Assembly (NCBI GenBank): GCA_013214525.1
Contig: JABSSG010000014.1
Coordinates: 33,232 to 97,231, forward strand
Direction: 5' to 3'
Origin: Rickettsiales bacterium
GTDB taxonomy: Bacteria; Pseudomonadota; Alphaproteobacteria; Rickettsiales; JABSSG01
Length of the DNA: 64,000 nt
Part shown: positions 36,059 to 45,151 of the stretch, in pieces
Layout of the letters: every line of letters begins with the position of its first letter
Numbering within the stretch: the first letter of the stretch is position 1
Program-made: the position numbers and the translations under genes
Notes under the pieces: generated by a model
Database searches by the model: none
What the model was told of the DNA's origin: nothing
Seen by the model: the letters and a program-made list of their open reading frames with translations, nothing else

Positions 36059-37576
36059 ATGATTGTTATTATAGATTTTGGGTCTCAAACTACGCATCTT
36101 ATAAAAAAACGACTACAAACTTTAGGGTTTGCTGTTAAGTCTATTTCTCACAAAGGAGCATTAGAATATTTACGGGAACATTTACCACTAGGTATTATTT
36201 TATCAGGAGGGCCTTCTTCTGTTTTAGAAGAAAATGCTCCACAAATTGATAAGCAAGTGATTGAATTGGGGATTCCTGTTTTAGGTATTTGTTATGGTTG
36301 GCAATTAATAGCAAAAATTTTGGGGGCACAGGTTAAAAATACTGCTAATGAATATGGTCCAGAAGTATTGAATTGTAAGTCTAATAATAAGATATTTGCT
36401 GACATATCAGAAAGTTTTACAGTATGGATGAGTCATGGTGATACTGTGGTGTCTTTACCTAAAGATTTTGAAATTATAGCTTCAACACAAAAAGTAAAGT
36501 TTGCTGGAGCAGCAAATTTTAAGAAGAAGATTTTTGGGATACAATTTCATCCTGAAGTTAATCATTCTGAATATGGTACAGTGATATTACAGAATTTTGT
36601 TAGCAATATTTGTAAAGCTGTTTCTCGGAAAGAGAAAATTAATCCAAATGAAATGATTCAATCAATAAAAGAAACGGTTGGCAATCATAAAGTTATTTGT
36701 GCTGTTTCTGGAGGAGTAGATTCTACAGTAGCAGCTTTTTTAATAGGTAAAGCTATTGGAAAGAATTTAATTTCTGTTTATGTGGATAATGGTTTAATGA
36801 AAGATGGCACTCAAGAAAATGTTAAAGCTATTTTCACTAAAGTTATTAATTCTCAATTAGTAATAGTAAAAGCCAAAAAAAGATTTTTAGATGCATTAAA
36901 AAATAAGGAAGATCCAGAAGAAAAGCGTCAGATAATAGGCAAGTTATATGTGGATATATTTCAAGAAGAAGCTATCAAGCATAAAGGAGTTAAATTTTTA
37001 GGGCAAGGTACAATTTACTCAGATGTTATTGAATCTAAAGGGTCTAAAGAGGCATCTAAAATCAAGTCTCATCATAATGTAGGAGGCCTCCCAAAAGAAA
37101 TGTCCCTAAAGCTTTTAGAGCCATTGCGTGATTATTATAAGAATGAAGTGAGGGAAATAGGTCAAATGGTAGGGTTGCCTGAAGAGTTTATAATGACACA
37201 ACCTTTTCCTGGACCTGGATATGCTATTAGAATCCGTGGAAAGGTTACACAGGAACGTCTTGAGAAAGTGAAAGCAGCAGATAAAATTATTTCTGACGAG
37301 TTGTATAATCACAATTTGCATACCCATGTTTTTCAAGGTTTTGCGGTTATGACAGGTGCTTACAGCACTGCAGTTAAGGGGGATGCTCGAGCGTTTGATG
37401 AAGTAATAGCACTGCGTATTTATGAATCTAAAGATATTATGACAGCTACTTGGGCAAAAATTCCTTATCAGGTGTTACAAAAGATTTCTTCTAGGATTGT
37501 TAATGAAGTGCCACATATATCGCGAGTAGTTTACGATATTACGACTAAACCTCCTGCAACTATGGAATGGGAATAA
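36059..37576 (+). CDS. guaA: GMP synthase (glutamine-hydrolysing)
   Basis: 505 aa. GATase (GICYGWQL, QFHPE), ATP-PPase SGGVDSTV, C-terminal KPPATMEWE. Confidence 0.95.
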   Translation: MIVIIDFGSQTTHLIKKRLQTLGFAVKSISHKGALEYLREHLPLGIILSGGPSSVLEENAPQIDKQVIELGIPVLGICYGWQLIAKILGAQVKNTANEYGPEVLNCKSNNKIFADISESFTVWMSHGDTVVSLPKDFEIIASTQKVKFAGAANFKKKIFGIQFHPEVNHSEYGTVILQNFVSNICKAVSRKEKINPNEMIQSIKETVGNHKVICAVSGGVDSTVAAFLIGKAIGKNLISVYVDNGLMKDGTQENVKAIFTKVINSQLVIVKAKKRFLDALKNKEDPEEKRQIIGKLYVDIFQEEAIKHKGVKFLGQGTIYSDVIESKGSKEASKIKSHHNVGGLPKEMSLKLLEPLRDYYKNEVREIGQMVGLPEEFIMTQPFPGPGYAIRIRGKVTQERLEKVKAADKIISDELYNHNLHTHVFQGFAVMTGAYSTAVKGDARAFDEVIALRIYESKDIMTATWAKIPYQVLQKISSRIVNEVPHISRVVYDITTKPPATMEWE

Positions 37577-37861
37577 AAATTATATATTCTGATTTTTCAT
37601 TATAAGTTTATAATTTTCATATAACCAAATTATTAATCTAAATAATAGATTTTACATAAAAATTTCTATAAAATAAATATTCTTTAGATATTACAATAAG
37701 CTAACAAGTTATTTGTCTAGGCTTGTTTTGAGACAAAAAATGTCACTTATTTAGCTCAATTTAGATATATTATTTTTAAAGTTTTGTATTATGAAGATTG
37801 ACGGGATGATCTGTTTCTTTTATCCTTAAATAAAGTTCAACAAACCTATTTTATTTCTAAT

Positions 37862-40162
37862 ATGCCCCACAAATATAAGATTATAAAACGTAATGGTCAG
37901 CCAGAAAGTTATGACGTAAAAAAAATTAGAAGAGTAATTGAGTGGGCTACAAAAGATTTTGATTTAAATTCTATAAAATTAGAATCAAATGTTGAAATGA
38001 CATTACAAAATGGCATTACAACTAGAAAAATTCAACAAGCAGTCATCTTGAGTGCGTTATCTCTTACTACAAGTGAAGAGCCAGATTGGAAATATGTTGC
38101 TGGTAGACTGAAACTATTTGATATCTATAAAGATATAGCAATATTGCGTAACTTACATAAGCAGGGATATCCTTTATATAATAATAATAACTCTTTTAAA
38201 GATTATATTGCAGATAGTGTTAATAAAGGAATTTATACAGATGTTTTAATAAAAAAATATACTCCGAAAGAGCTAGATCAAATAGCCTGCTTAATAAAAG
38301 CAGAATATGATTTATTATATGATTATGCAGGAATTAATCTGTTGAATAGAAGATATCTTGCAGAGCATAATGATCAGATATGGGAGTTGCCTCAAGAGAT
38401 GTATATAACTGTAGCAATGATGATTGCTCAAGATATAGATAAATCAAATCGATTAAAGGTCATTAAAGATGTTTATGAAAAGTTAGCAAGCTTTAAGATA
38501 TCTCTTGCAACTCCTCTCTTGATGAATTTGAGGAAACTGGATGGCAATTTAAGTTCATGCTTCATAACAGCAATGGACGATAGTAGAAAATCTATTTTTT
38601 ATACCATTGATCAAATTTCAGCAATTTCTCAACATGGTGGAGGAGTTGGTTGCAATGTGTCTCGTGTTCGTTGTAAAGGAGCACGTATTAGAGATACAAA
38701 AAATGCTTCAGGAGGTGTAATTCCTTGGATTAGAATAATTAATGATACAGCAGTTGCAGTGAATCAACAGGGTAAGCGAAAAGGAGCTGTAACAGTTTCA
38801 TTAGATGTTTGGCATATGGATATTGAAGATTTTCTTGAGTTACAGACGGAAAATGGCGACCAGCGTATGAAAGCATACGATATTTTTCCTCAAGTTGTGA
38901 TTCCTAATATGTTTATGGAGCAGGTTGAAGCTAATGCAAAATGGCTTTTAGTTGATCCTCAAGAAGTAAGAAAGAAATATGCAGTTGAGATAAGTAATTT
39001 ATGGGGAGAAGAATTTACAAAATTTTATAATATATTAACTAATGATGCTAAGGAAGGTAAGTTAGAGCTCTATAAATTTGTATCTGCTAAGGGGCTACTA
39101 AAGAAGATTATGCTTTCTCAAGTAGAAACTGGAATGCCATATATAGCATTTAAGGATACTTTAAATAAATACAACCCTAATAAACATGATGGTCTAATTT
39201 TGGCTACCAATCTTTGCACTGAATCTCATAGTAACACTAAGCCAGCGATGGTACATGATAAATATTTAGATAGGACTGCGGTAAAGCAAGACGCAGAAGG
39301 AGGGTTAGTGCATGTTTGTAATCTCTGCTCTATTAATTTTGCGAATCTTGATATAGAAACTGAATTAGAGAGCGTGTGTAAATCAGCTGTTGAGATTTTA
39401 GATATTGCTATTGACTTAACTGACGTACCTATTCCTGAAGGGAAAGCACATAATGCACGTTACCGTACAATAGGTGTAGGTGTTATGGGTCTAGCAGATT
39501 TACTTGCAAAGAATAATGTTTTATATTCTGAGTCTGCAAATTATATCGATAAAATTTTTGAAAAATTTGCCTTATATAATATTAAAGCAAGTATCGAAAT
39601 TGCTAAAGTAAAAGGTCCTTTTGAAGCATATAAAGGTTCGGATTGGGATAGAGGTATTATATTAGGTCATGATTATAAATGGTTTAAAGAAAATGCTAAG
39701 CATTTTGAAGAATGGCAAGAAGTGTTTGAAAACCTGAAAAAATATGGTATTCGCAATAGTCAACTTAGTGCAATAGCACCTAATACGAGTACATCTTTAT
39801 TACAGGGTTGTACAGCTTCTGTATTGCCTGTATATAGTAAGTTTTTTATAGACACTCATACCAAAGGAAGTATTCCTAATTGCCCACCATTTATTAAGGA
39901 AAAATTTTGGTATTATCAGGAGAATAAAAATCTTGATCAAGGGATAGTGGTAGATGTAATTTCGAGGATTAGCAAGTGGATTGATACAGGAGTATCAATG
40001 GAGTTGATCTATAATCTAAATAAAGGAGTAACTGCTAAAACTATCTATAATTCAATAATAAAAGCTTGGAAACAGGAGGTTAAGACTATTTATTATACTA
40101 GAAGCGTCCAGCAAGATGGGTATGTAACAAGTAAAGAGGAATGTGTCAGTTGTGCATCTTAA
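37862..40162 (+). CDS. nrdA: Class I ribonucleotide reductase alpha subunit
   Basis: 766 aa. N-terminal ATP-cone (IIKRNGQPESYDVKKIRRVI), LSSCF, NLCTE active site, C-terminal Cys pair CVSCAS. Confidence 0.9.
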   Translation: MPHKYKIIKRNGQPESYDVKKIRRVIEWATKDFDLNSIKLESNVEMTLQNGITTRKIQQAVILSALSLTTSEEPDWKYVAGRLKLFDIYKDIAILRNLHKQGYPLYNNNNSFKDYIADSVNKGIYTDVLIKKYTPKELDQIACLIKAEYDLLYDYAGINLLNRRYLAEHNDQIWELPQEMYITVAMMIAQDIDKSNRLKVIKDVYEKLASFKISLATPLLMNLRKLDGNLSSCFITAMDDSRKSIFYTIDQISAISQHGGGVGCNVSRVRCKGARIRDTKNASGGVIPWIRIINDTAVAVNQQGKRKGAVTVSLDVWHMDIEDFLELQTENGDQRMKAYDIFPQVVIPNMFMEQVEANAKWLLVDPQEVRKKYAVEISNLWGEEFTKFYNILTNDAKEGKLELYKFVSAKGLLKKIMLSQVETGMPYIAFKDTLNKYNPNKHDGLILATNLCTESHSNTKPAMVHDKYLDRTAVKQDAEGGLVHVCNLCSINFANLDIETELESVCKSAVEILDIAIDLTDVPIPEGKAHNARYRTIGVGVMGLADLLAKNNVLYSESANYIDKIFEKFALYNIKASIEIAKVKGPFEAYKGSDWDRGIILGHDYKWFKENAKHFEEWQEVFENLKKYGIRNSQLSAIAPNTSTSLLQGCTASVLPVYSKFFIDTHTKGSIPNCPPFIKEKFWYYQENKNLDQGIVVDVISRISKWIDTGVSMELIYNLNKGVTAKTIYNSIIKAWKQEVKTIYYTRSVQQDGYVTSKEECVSCAS

Positions 40163-40175
40163 TTAAGGTTTAACT

Positions 40176-41306
40176 ATGAATACTACTTTAAAAGAAAAAA
40201 ATGTCTTTAATATAAAAAATGATGATTTTGTTTCAGAGAAAGAATCAGTGCTGAAAAATATTAAAAATACTTTTAAGAGAAAAAAAATATTTAATCCAGA
40301 TGGGAATGATACGGTGCAAGAAAGAAGAGTGCTTGCAGGAAATGTTACTAATATTTTTAATTTAAATAATGCTAAATATTCTTGGGCGAACAGACTCTAT
40401 AGAGTAATGATGGAGAATTTTTGGATTCCTGAAAAAATTGGTCTTGCTGACGATGCTAGGCAATATAGTAATTTAACCACACAAGAAAAAAAAGCTTTTG
40501 ATGGGATCTTATCTTTTTTAACTTTTCTAGATAGCATACAAACAAATAATCTTCCTAATATAAGCAATTATATTACTGCTCCAGAGATTTGTTTGTTGCT
40601 AGCAATTCAAACTTATCAAGAAGCTATCCACTCACAAAGTTATGCTTATATGATTGAAAGCATTATTCCTGTAAATAGGCGTAATGAAATCTATGATTTC
40701 TGGCGTAAAGATTCTGTATTATTTGAGCGTAATAAATATATTGCACAGATTTATCAAGATTTTGTTGATAATCAGACTGATAAGAGTTTTGCAAAAGTGT
40801 TGATTGCAAATTTTTTACTTGAAGGACTATATTTTTATAATGGTTTTGCTTTCTTTTATAATTTAGCTTCTAGGGGATTGATGATGGGGTCTGCTGATGA
40901 GATTAAATATATCAATAGAGATGAACTTACACATTGTGTAATTTTTTCAAATATGATTAAAGAAATAAGAAAAGAAAGACCTGATTTCTTTGATGAACAA
41001 GAAATTATATCTATGTTTAAGACTGCTGTAGAACAAGAGATGAAATGGACAAATCATATTATTGGCGATGGTGTGCTTGGGATTAACAAAACAAGCACAG
41101 AAAAATATACTAAGTATTTGGCAAATAAAAGATTAAAAGAGCTTAATATTGAACCTATTTATAAAGAATTTACAGAAAATCCTTATTTGCATTTAGTAAA
41201 TATATCTGATGAAAGAGGGGAGGGCAGTGTTAAAACCAACTTCTTTGAGTCTAATGTGTCAGCCTACAATCAAAGTTCAGTGGTTAAGGGATGGGATAGT
41301 TTTTAA
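40176..41306 (+). CDS. nrdB: Class I ribonucleotide reductase beta subunit
   Basis: 376 aa. Di-iron and tyrosyl motifs QEAIHSQSYAYMIE, FLLEGLYFYNGFAFF, RDELTHCVIF. Confidence 0.9.
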   Translation: MNTTLKEKNVFNIKNDDFVSEKESVLKNIKNTFKRKKIFNPDGNDTVQERRVLAGNVTNIFNLNNAKYSWANRLYRVMMENFWIPEKIGLADDARQYSNLTTQEKKAFDGILSFLTFLDSIQTNNLPNISNYITAPEICLLLAIQTYQEAIHSQSYAYMIESIIPVNRRNEIYDFWRKDSVLFERNKYIAQIYQDFVDNQTDKSFAKVLIANFLLEGLYFYNGFAFFYNLASRGLMMGSADEIKYINRDELTHCVIFSNMIKEIRKERPDFFDEQEIISMFKTAVEQEMKWTNHIIGDGVLGINKTSTEKYTKYLANKRLKELNIEPIYKEFTENPYLHLVNISDERGEGSVKTNFFESNVSAYNQSSVVKGWDSF

Positions 41307-41345
41307 TAAATATCATTAAAAAGATGTGGATCAGTTTCTTTAAAC

Positions 41346-41606
41346 CTAGTTATCTGGAGAGTTGCCGCCAATAATATCTTGTTCTATGTTGTTTTGTTGG
41401 AGCATTGTATTGTAATTTTGACTAGCAATGCTGTAGAAAGATAGTATGGCAAAGGAAGCTATACAACCAAGACCAGCTGCTTTGTTTTGTGTCTCTGCAT
41501 TATAACCTAATGAGTATGATACACCTGCTCCTATTAATATTCCTGTGGCAACACTAAACATCATTATTGTTGGGTGAGGAAGATTATCAAAAAATTGTTT
41601 ATACAT
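41346..41606 (-). CDS. Small Gly-zipper membrane protein
   Basis: 86 aa. Two hydrophobic helices (VATGILIGAGVSYSLG; AAGLGCIASFAILSF) and a polar tail ending NIEQDIIGGNSPDN. Confidence 0.45.
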   Translation of the reverse strand: MYKQFFDNLPHPTIMMFSVATGILIGAGVSYSLGYNAETQNKAAGLGCIASFAILSFYSIASQNYNTMLQQNNIEQDIIGGNSPDN

Positions 41607-41632
41607 TTTTTATATCTTATTAATTGTCAAAT

Positions 41633-42958
41633 TTAATGCAATAAGTTAGACCAATACGCATCCGTTGCATCATGTGGTGTAGTTAATTCTTGTTCTTTTC
41701 TGCTTATAATATCTATTTTATAAAGTTTAGTATGTGTGTATCCATCTTCTCCTATTATTTGTTTCTCAAAGATTATAGCTCTACCATTAGGAGCCCATGC
41801 AGGACCTTCAACTAATTGACCATGTGCAATTATTTTTTCATTAGAACCATCTGGACGCATAATTCCTATATAAAAGTCATTTTTTCCTAGCATCTTTGTA
41901 AAAGCAATTAGATTTCCCTTTGGAGACCATACAGGACTGGTATAGCTTCCTTTGTTGAAGCTTATTCTTTTAGAGGAGTTATTATTAGTGTTCATAATGT
42001 ATAAGTGCTTTCCTCCGCCCATATCAGAGTTGAATACTATTTTTTTTTGATCTGGTGAAAATGATGGAGAGGTGCAGATAGAAGTACAAAAGGTTAGTTG
42101 TTTTATTTTCATTGATTTTAAATTATATAGGTAAATATTGCTTATTCCTCTTTTTTCAACCACAAGAAGAATTGATTTCCCATCAGGAGCATATCTTGGT
42201 GCATATGACATACCTCTGAATGTTCTGAGCAAATTACTTTTATTGGTATTAAGATGAAATAATTTCACCGCAGGGCTTAAAGGGTCTTCGTAAGAGAAGT
42301 ATAACAGATGATTTGTATCTTGAGAAAATCTAGGAGTTAAAACAATTGCATCGCCATTAGTTAAATAAGAGTGATTTTTTCCGTCTTGATCCATAATAGC
42401 AAGTTTTCGAGTTTTATTTTTTCCTTCTCCTTGCACGGATACATAGGCAATTTTTGTATCAAAGTAACCATTTTCTCCTGTTAATCTTTTATAGATTTCA
42501 TCAGAAATTTTGTGGGCAATGCGTCGCCATAATTTTGCTTCTCCCTCTAATTTTTTAAAGATTAAAGGTTTCTGGGAAAAAACGTCCCATATTTTGAAAG
42601 TGATTGATAAATTTTCATCAATGTTTTGTACATCTATCAATATTAAAACGCTTGCTTTAATCTGTCGCCAAGAGATAAAGTTTGGTGTTTTATTTAAATC
42701 ATTCAACGTTTCAATATAGCTTTCTTGATCAATTATTTTGAACAAGCCGCAATTTTCTAAATTATTGTTTATAACTTTATGTATGCTATTTTCATAATAA
42801 TCTCCTCCTCCTGATGTGTCAGAGGAAAATGTTTGAATGGCAATTGGTACTGCTGAAACATTGCTTCTAGTTATATCAATTTTTGTAACTGCATTAGAAA
42901 TTGGCGATATTATGAGAAGAAAAGCAACAAATACAATATGTATGAAATTTAAAATCAT
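41633..42958 (-). CDS. tolB: Tol-Pal system beta-propeller protein TolB
   Basis: 441 aa. Signal peptide, an N-terminal TolB domain (VPIAIQTF), and repeated P.[FW]SPDG blades (YAPRYAPDGKS, SPSFSPDQKK, PVWSPKGN, GPAWAPNGR). Confidence 0.9.
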   Translation of the reverse strand: MILNFIHIVFVAFLLIISPISNAVTKIDITRSNVSAVPIAIQTFSSDTSGGGDYYENSIHKVINNNLENCGLFKIIDQESYIETLNDLNKTPNFISWRQIKASVLILIDVQNIDENLSITFKIWDVFSQKPLIFKKLEGEAKLWRRIAHKISDEIYKRLTGENGYFDTKIAYVSVQGEGKNKTRKLAIMDQDGKNHSYLTNGDAIVLTPRFSQDTNHLLYFSYEDPLSPAVKLFHLNTNKSNLLRTFRGMSYAPRYAPDGKSILLVVEKRGISNIYLYNLKSMKIKQLTFCTSICTSPSFSPDQKKIVFNSDMGGGKHLYIMNTNNNSSKRISFNKGSYTSPVWSPKGNLIAFTKMLGKNDFYIGIMRPDGSNEKIIAHGQLVEGPAWAPNGRAIIFEKQIIGEDGYTHTKLYKIDIISRKEQELTTPHDATDAYWSNLLH

Positions 42959-43044
42959 AAATAATATGTTAAGTGAGATTTAAGTATGTAACCAAGTAAA
43001 AATAATATATTAATCTTATAATTTAAATATATTAGCATGTAAAG

Positions 43045-43773
43045 ATGCAGTCAGCTGTAAAGAAATTCTTTGACCAGGCAATCGAAGTTATTTTTCCGTC
43101 TAAATGTTTAATTTGTGCTTCATGGAGTAATAAAGGAATTTTAATATGTTCAAGTTGTTGGCAGAAGATAGAGTTTATTACTGATCCTAAATGTGAAATA
43201 TGTGGTTATCCATTTGGTTTTGATAGTGGTAAGGGTTCTTTATGTGCTCCATGTCATCAAAATAACCCATATTTTGATAAGGCTTTTACGATTTTTAAAT
43301 ATTCAGCTGTAAGTAAATCTCTAATTTTTAAATTAAAATATAATGATCAATTACACATAGCCTATTTTTTTGCACAATTGATTGCTAATAAATTACAAAA
43401 CTTCTATGAGTATAGATTTATTGTACCAGTGCCTTTACATCCTAGAAGAATTAGAGAAAGGCTATACAATCAGTCAGCTATTCTTGGGTCACATGTTGCA
43501 AAACTTGCTAGATTAGAATTTTTACCGAGTATTTTAAGTAAAAAGAGATATGATGTACCACAAAGTCAATTAAGCAGAGATAGAAGAAAAAAGAATGTTT
43601 TGAATTCTTTTGTAATAGCAGAAGATTACATTAACTGCATTAAAGGTAAAAATATAATTCTGATAGATGATGTATATACAACTGGTTCAACAGTTAATGA
43701 GTGCAGTAAAGTTCTAAAGAAAGCTGGGTGCAATAAAATATTAGTTGTAACAATTGCTAGGACTGTTATTTAA
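43045..43773 (+). CDS. comF: ComF-family phosphoribosyltransferase-like protein
   Basis: 242 aa. N-terminal Cys clusters (CLICASW..CSSCW, CEICGYPF..CAPC), C-terminal PRTase loop IILIDDVYTTGSTV. Confidence 0.8.
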   Translation: MQSAVKKFFDQAIEVIFPSKCLICASWSNKGILICSSCWQKIEFITDPKCEICGYPFGFDSGKGSLCAPCHQNNPYFDKAFTIFKYSAVSKSLIFKLKYNDQLHIAYFFAQLIANKLQNFYEYRFIVPVPLHPRRIRERLYNQSAILGSHVAKLARLEFLPSILSKKRYDVPQSQLSRDRRKKNVLNSFVIAEDYINCIKGKNIILIDDVYTTGSTVNECSKVLKKAGCNKILVVTIARTVI

Positions 43774-43792
43774 TTACACCCAAAAAATACTA

Positions 43793-43816
43793 TACTCGTC
43801 GTACTTACGACGAGTA
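43793..43816. terminator. Bidirectional Rho-independent-type hairpin between convergent genes
   Basis: tactcgtcgt-actt-acgacgagta: perfect 10-bp stem and 4-nt loop, with T-runs on both strands (catatttta on +, gtatttttt on -). It lies between the comF stop (43773) and the stop of the minus-strand ORF at 43823. Confidence 0.55.
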
Positions 43817-43822
43817 CATATT

Positions 43823-44221
43823 TTAAGCAATATCATGTTGATCTTGATGAAACTCAGATTTTGTATCTCCTGCGATATCTTGCTCTGGAATAGGATCACT
43901 GGTTTGATCGTTATATGACTTGATAGCTACAGCTGTAGCTATGCCTATTCCTGCACCAATAATACATCCATTGATTGCCTTAGCAGCAGGTTGAAAAAAT
44001 ATACTTCCTAGGTTATGTTGCATTGCTTGTAGCCCTGCGAGTATTCCATAATGTGAAAAATCACCTGCATGTTTCAATGGTGCATTGGTGTGAATATGCA
44101 TCGCAATTGCTGCTCCTGCTGCACATTCTACTGTACCTCCTGCTAATGCTACATAACCGGTATCAACAACTTTATTGACTGTACTAAAACATAACTCTTT
44201 TGCATCTTTGTAAAACGACAT
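43823..44221 (-). CDS. Small Gly-zipper membrane protein
   Basis: 132 aa. Gly/Ala-rich hydrophobic segments (VALAGGTVECAAGAAIAM; CIIGAGIGIATAVAI) and a polar tail PEQDIAGDTKSEF... Confidence 0.45.
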   Translation of the reverse strand: MSFYKDAKELCFSTVNKVVDTGYVALAGGTVECAAGAAIAMHIHTNAPLKHAGDFSHYGILAGLQAMQHNLGSIFFQPAAKAINGCIIGAGIGIATAVAIKSYNDQTSDPIPEQDIAGDTKSEFHQDQHDIA

Positions 44222-44302
44222 ATCTTTCCTCTCATTAATATTAAATTATCAACTTATAACTGATCATTATATTTATAAGGTAATTTTTACACTTTGTGTA
44301 GT

Positions 44303-44352
44303 CTCTATTTTCTTTCTTAAAATTTCGGAACTTTTGAGTACAATGAGATATA
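44303..44352. repeat. Family-1 element, right-end fragment (copy C)
   Basis: ctctattttctttcttaaaatttcggaacttttgagtacaatgagatata is collinear with the right 50 bp of copies A and B. Confidence 0.65.
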
Positions 44353-44401
44353 TGAATAAGCAGTTTTATTTCATTTAAGGAAAATATTATTATATAAAAT
44401 T

Positions 44402-44872
44402 ATGGTAAAGTCTAAAGCTAATGTAGCCGCAAATTTGTTATTAGTTAAAGATGATAAAATACTCTTATCATTACGGCAAAATACGGGTTATGAAGATAAT
44501 AAGTGGTCACTTGTAGCTGGCCATCAAGAAGTAGGAGAGTCTGTTATGCAGGCTATGGTACGAGAAACTAGAGAGGAAGTTGGTATTGAAATAAAAATAG
44601 AAAATCTTAAAGTTTTACATGTAATGCATCGGAATATTAATCGAGAATATATTGATATATTTTTAGAATGCAGAAATTGGCTAGGGGATATAGAAAATAA
44701 AGAACCTAGTAAATGTGGTGGCTTGAAATTTTACAGTATCGATAAACTTCCAAATAACATTATTTCTTATGTTGGGGAAGCAATAAAAATGGCATTCTCA
44801 GGACAAATTTATAGTGAGGTAGGTTGGGATCAGATACAAACTGTTAAGAAAATGGACATATGTGTGGAGTAA
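44402..44872 (+). CDS. NUDIX hydrolase
   Basis: 156 aa. Nudix box GHQEVGESVMQAMVRETREEVGI (GX5EX7REUXEEXGU). Confidence 0.8.
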   Translation: MVKSKANVAANLLLVKDDKILLSLRQNTGYEDNKWSLVAGHQEVGESVMQAMVRETREEVGIEIKIENLKVLHVMHRNINREYIDIFLECRNWLGDIENKEPSKCGGLKFYSIDKLPNNIISYVGEAIKMAFSGQIYSEVGWDQIQTVKKMDICVE

Positions 44873-44876
44873 TAAA

Positions 44877-44952
44877 TGGTGGAGATGAGCGGAATCGAAC
44901 CGCTGACCTTCTGATTGCAAAACAGATGCTCTACCAACTGAGCTACATCCCC
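44877..44952 (-). tRNA. tRNA-Ala (UGC), CCA encoded
   Basis: The reverse complement is GGGGATGTAGCTCAGTTGGTAGAGCATCTGTTTTGCAATCAGAAGGTCAGCGGTTCGATTCCGCTCATCTCCACCA. G3:U70 identity pair, anticodon loop TTTGCAA, A73. It is not next to any rRNA gene. Confidence 0.9.
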
Positions 44953-45151
44953 TTTACTAATTTATTTTAAAGTAATTCTATATTTATACATAGTTGGCAT
45001 TAAAAATCAATGTCTATATTATAAGGTTTGGTATAGAGTTGTTTAACTTAGTAGCTTTTTATCAAATTTGCTCTTTTTATAAATCTATATTATATTGAAA
45101 ACCAAAGATACAGTGTATTAAACGTTATATATTTATTGTTGAGTACAAATT

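Noticed and set aside
37577-37861. NrdR boxes or a riboswitch in the 285-bp leader upstream of nrdA
   Set aside because: I could not find paired 16-bp NrdR-type palindromes or any recognisable riboswitch core by eye. The region is just AT-rich. A motif scan would be needed.
44953-45151. A possible small RNA gene (SRP RNA, tmRNA, RNase P) in the larger intergenic gaps (18589-18760, 19886-20159, 44953-45151, 58155-58382)
   Set aside because: I found none of the conserved cores (for example the SRP GGAA tetraloop helix or a tmRNA tag ORF with a tRNA-like end) by eye. A covariance-model scan (Infernal/Rfam) would be the decisive test.
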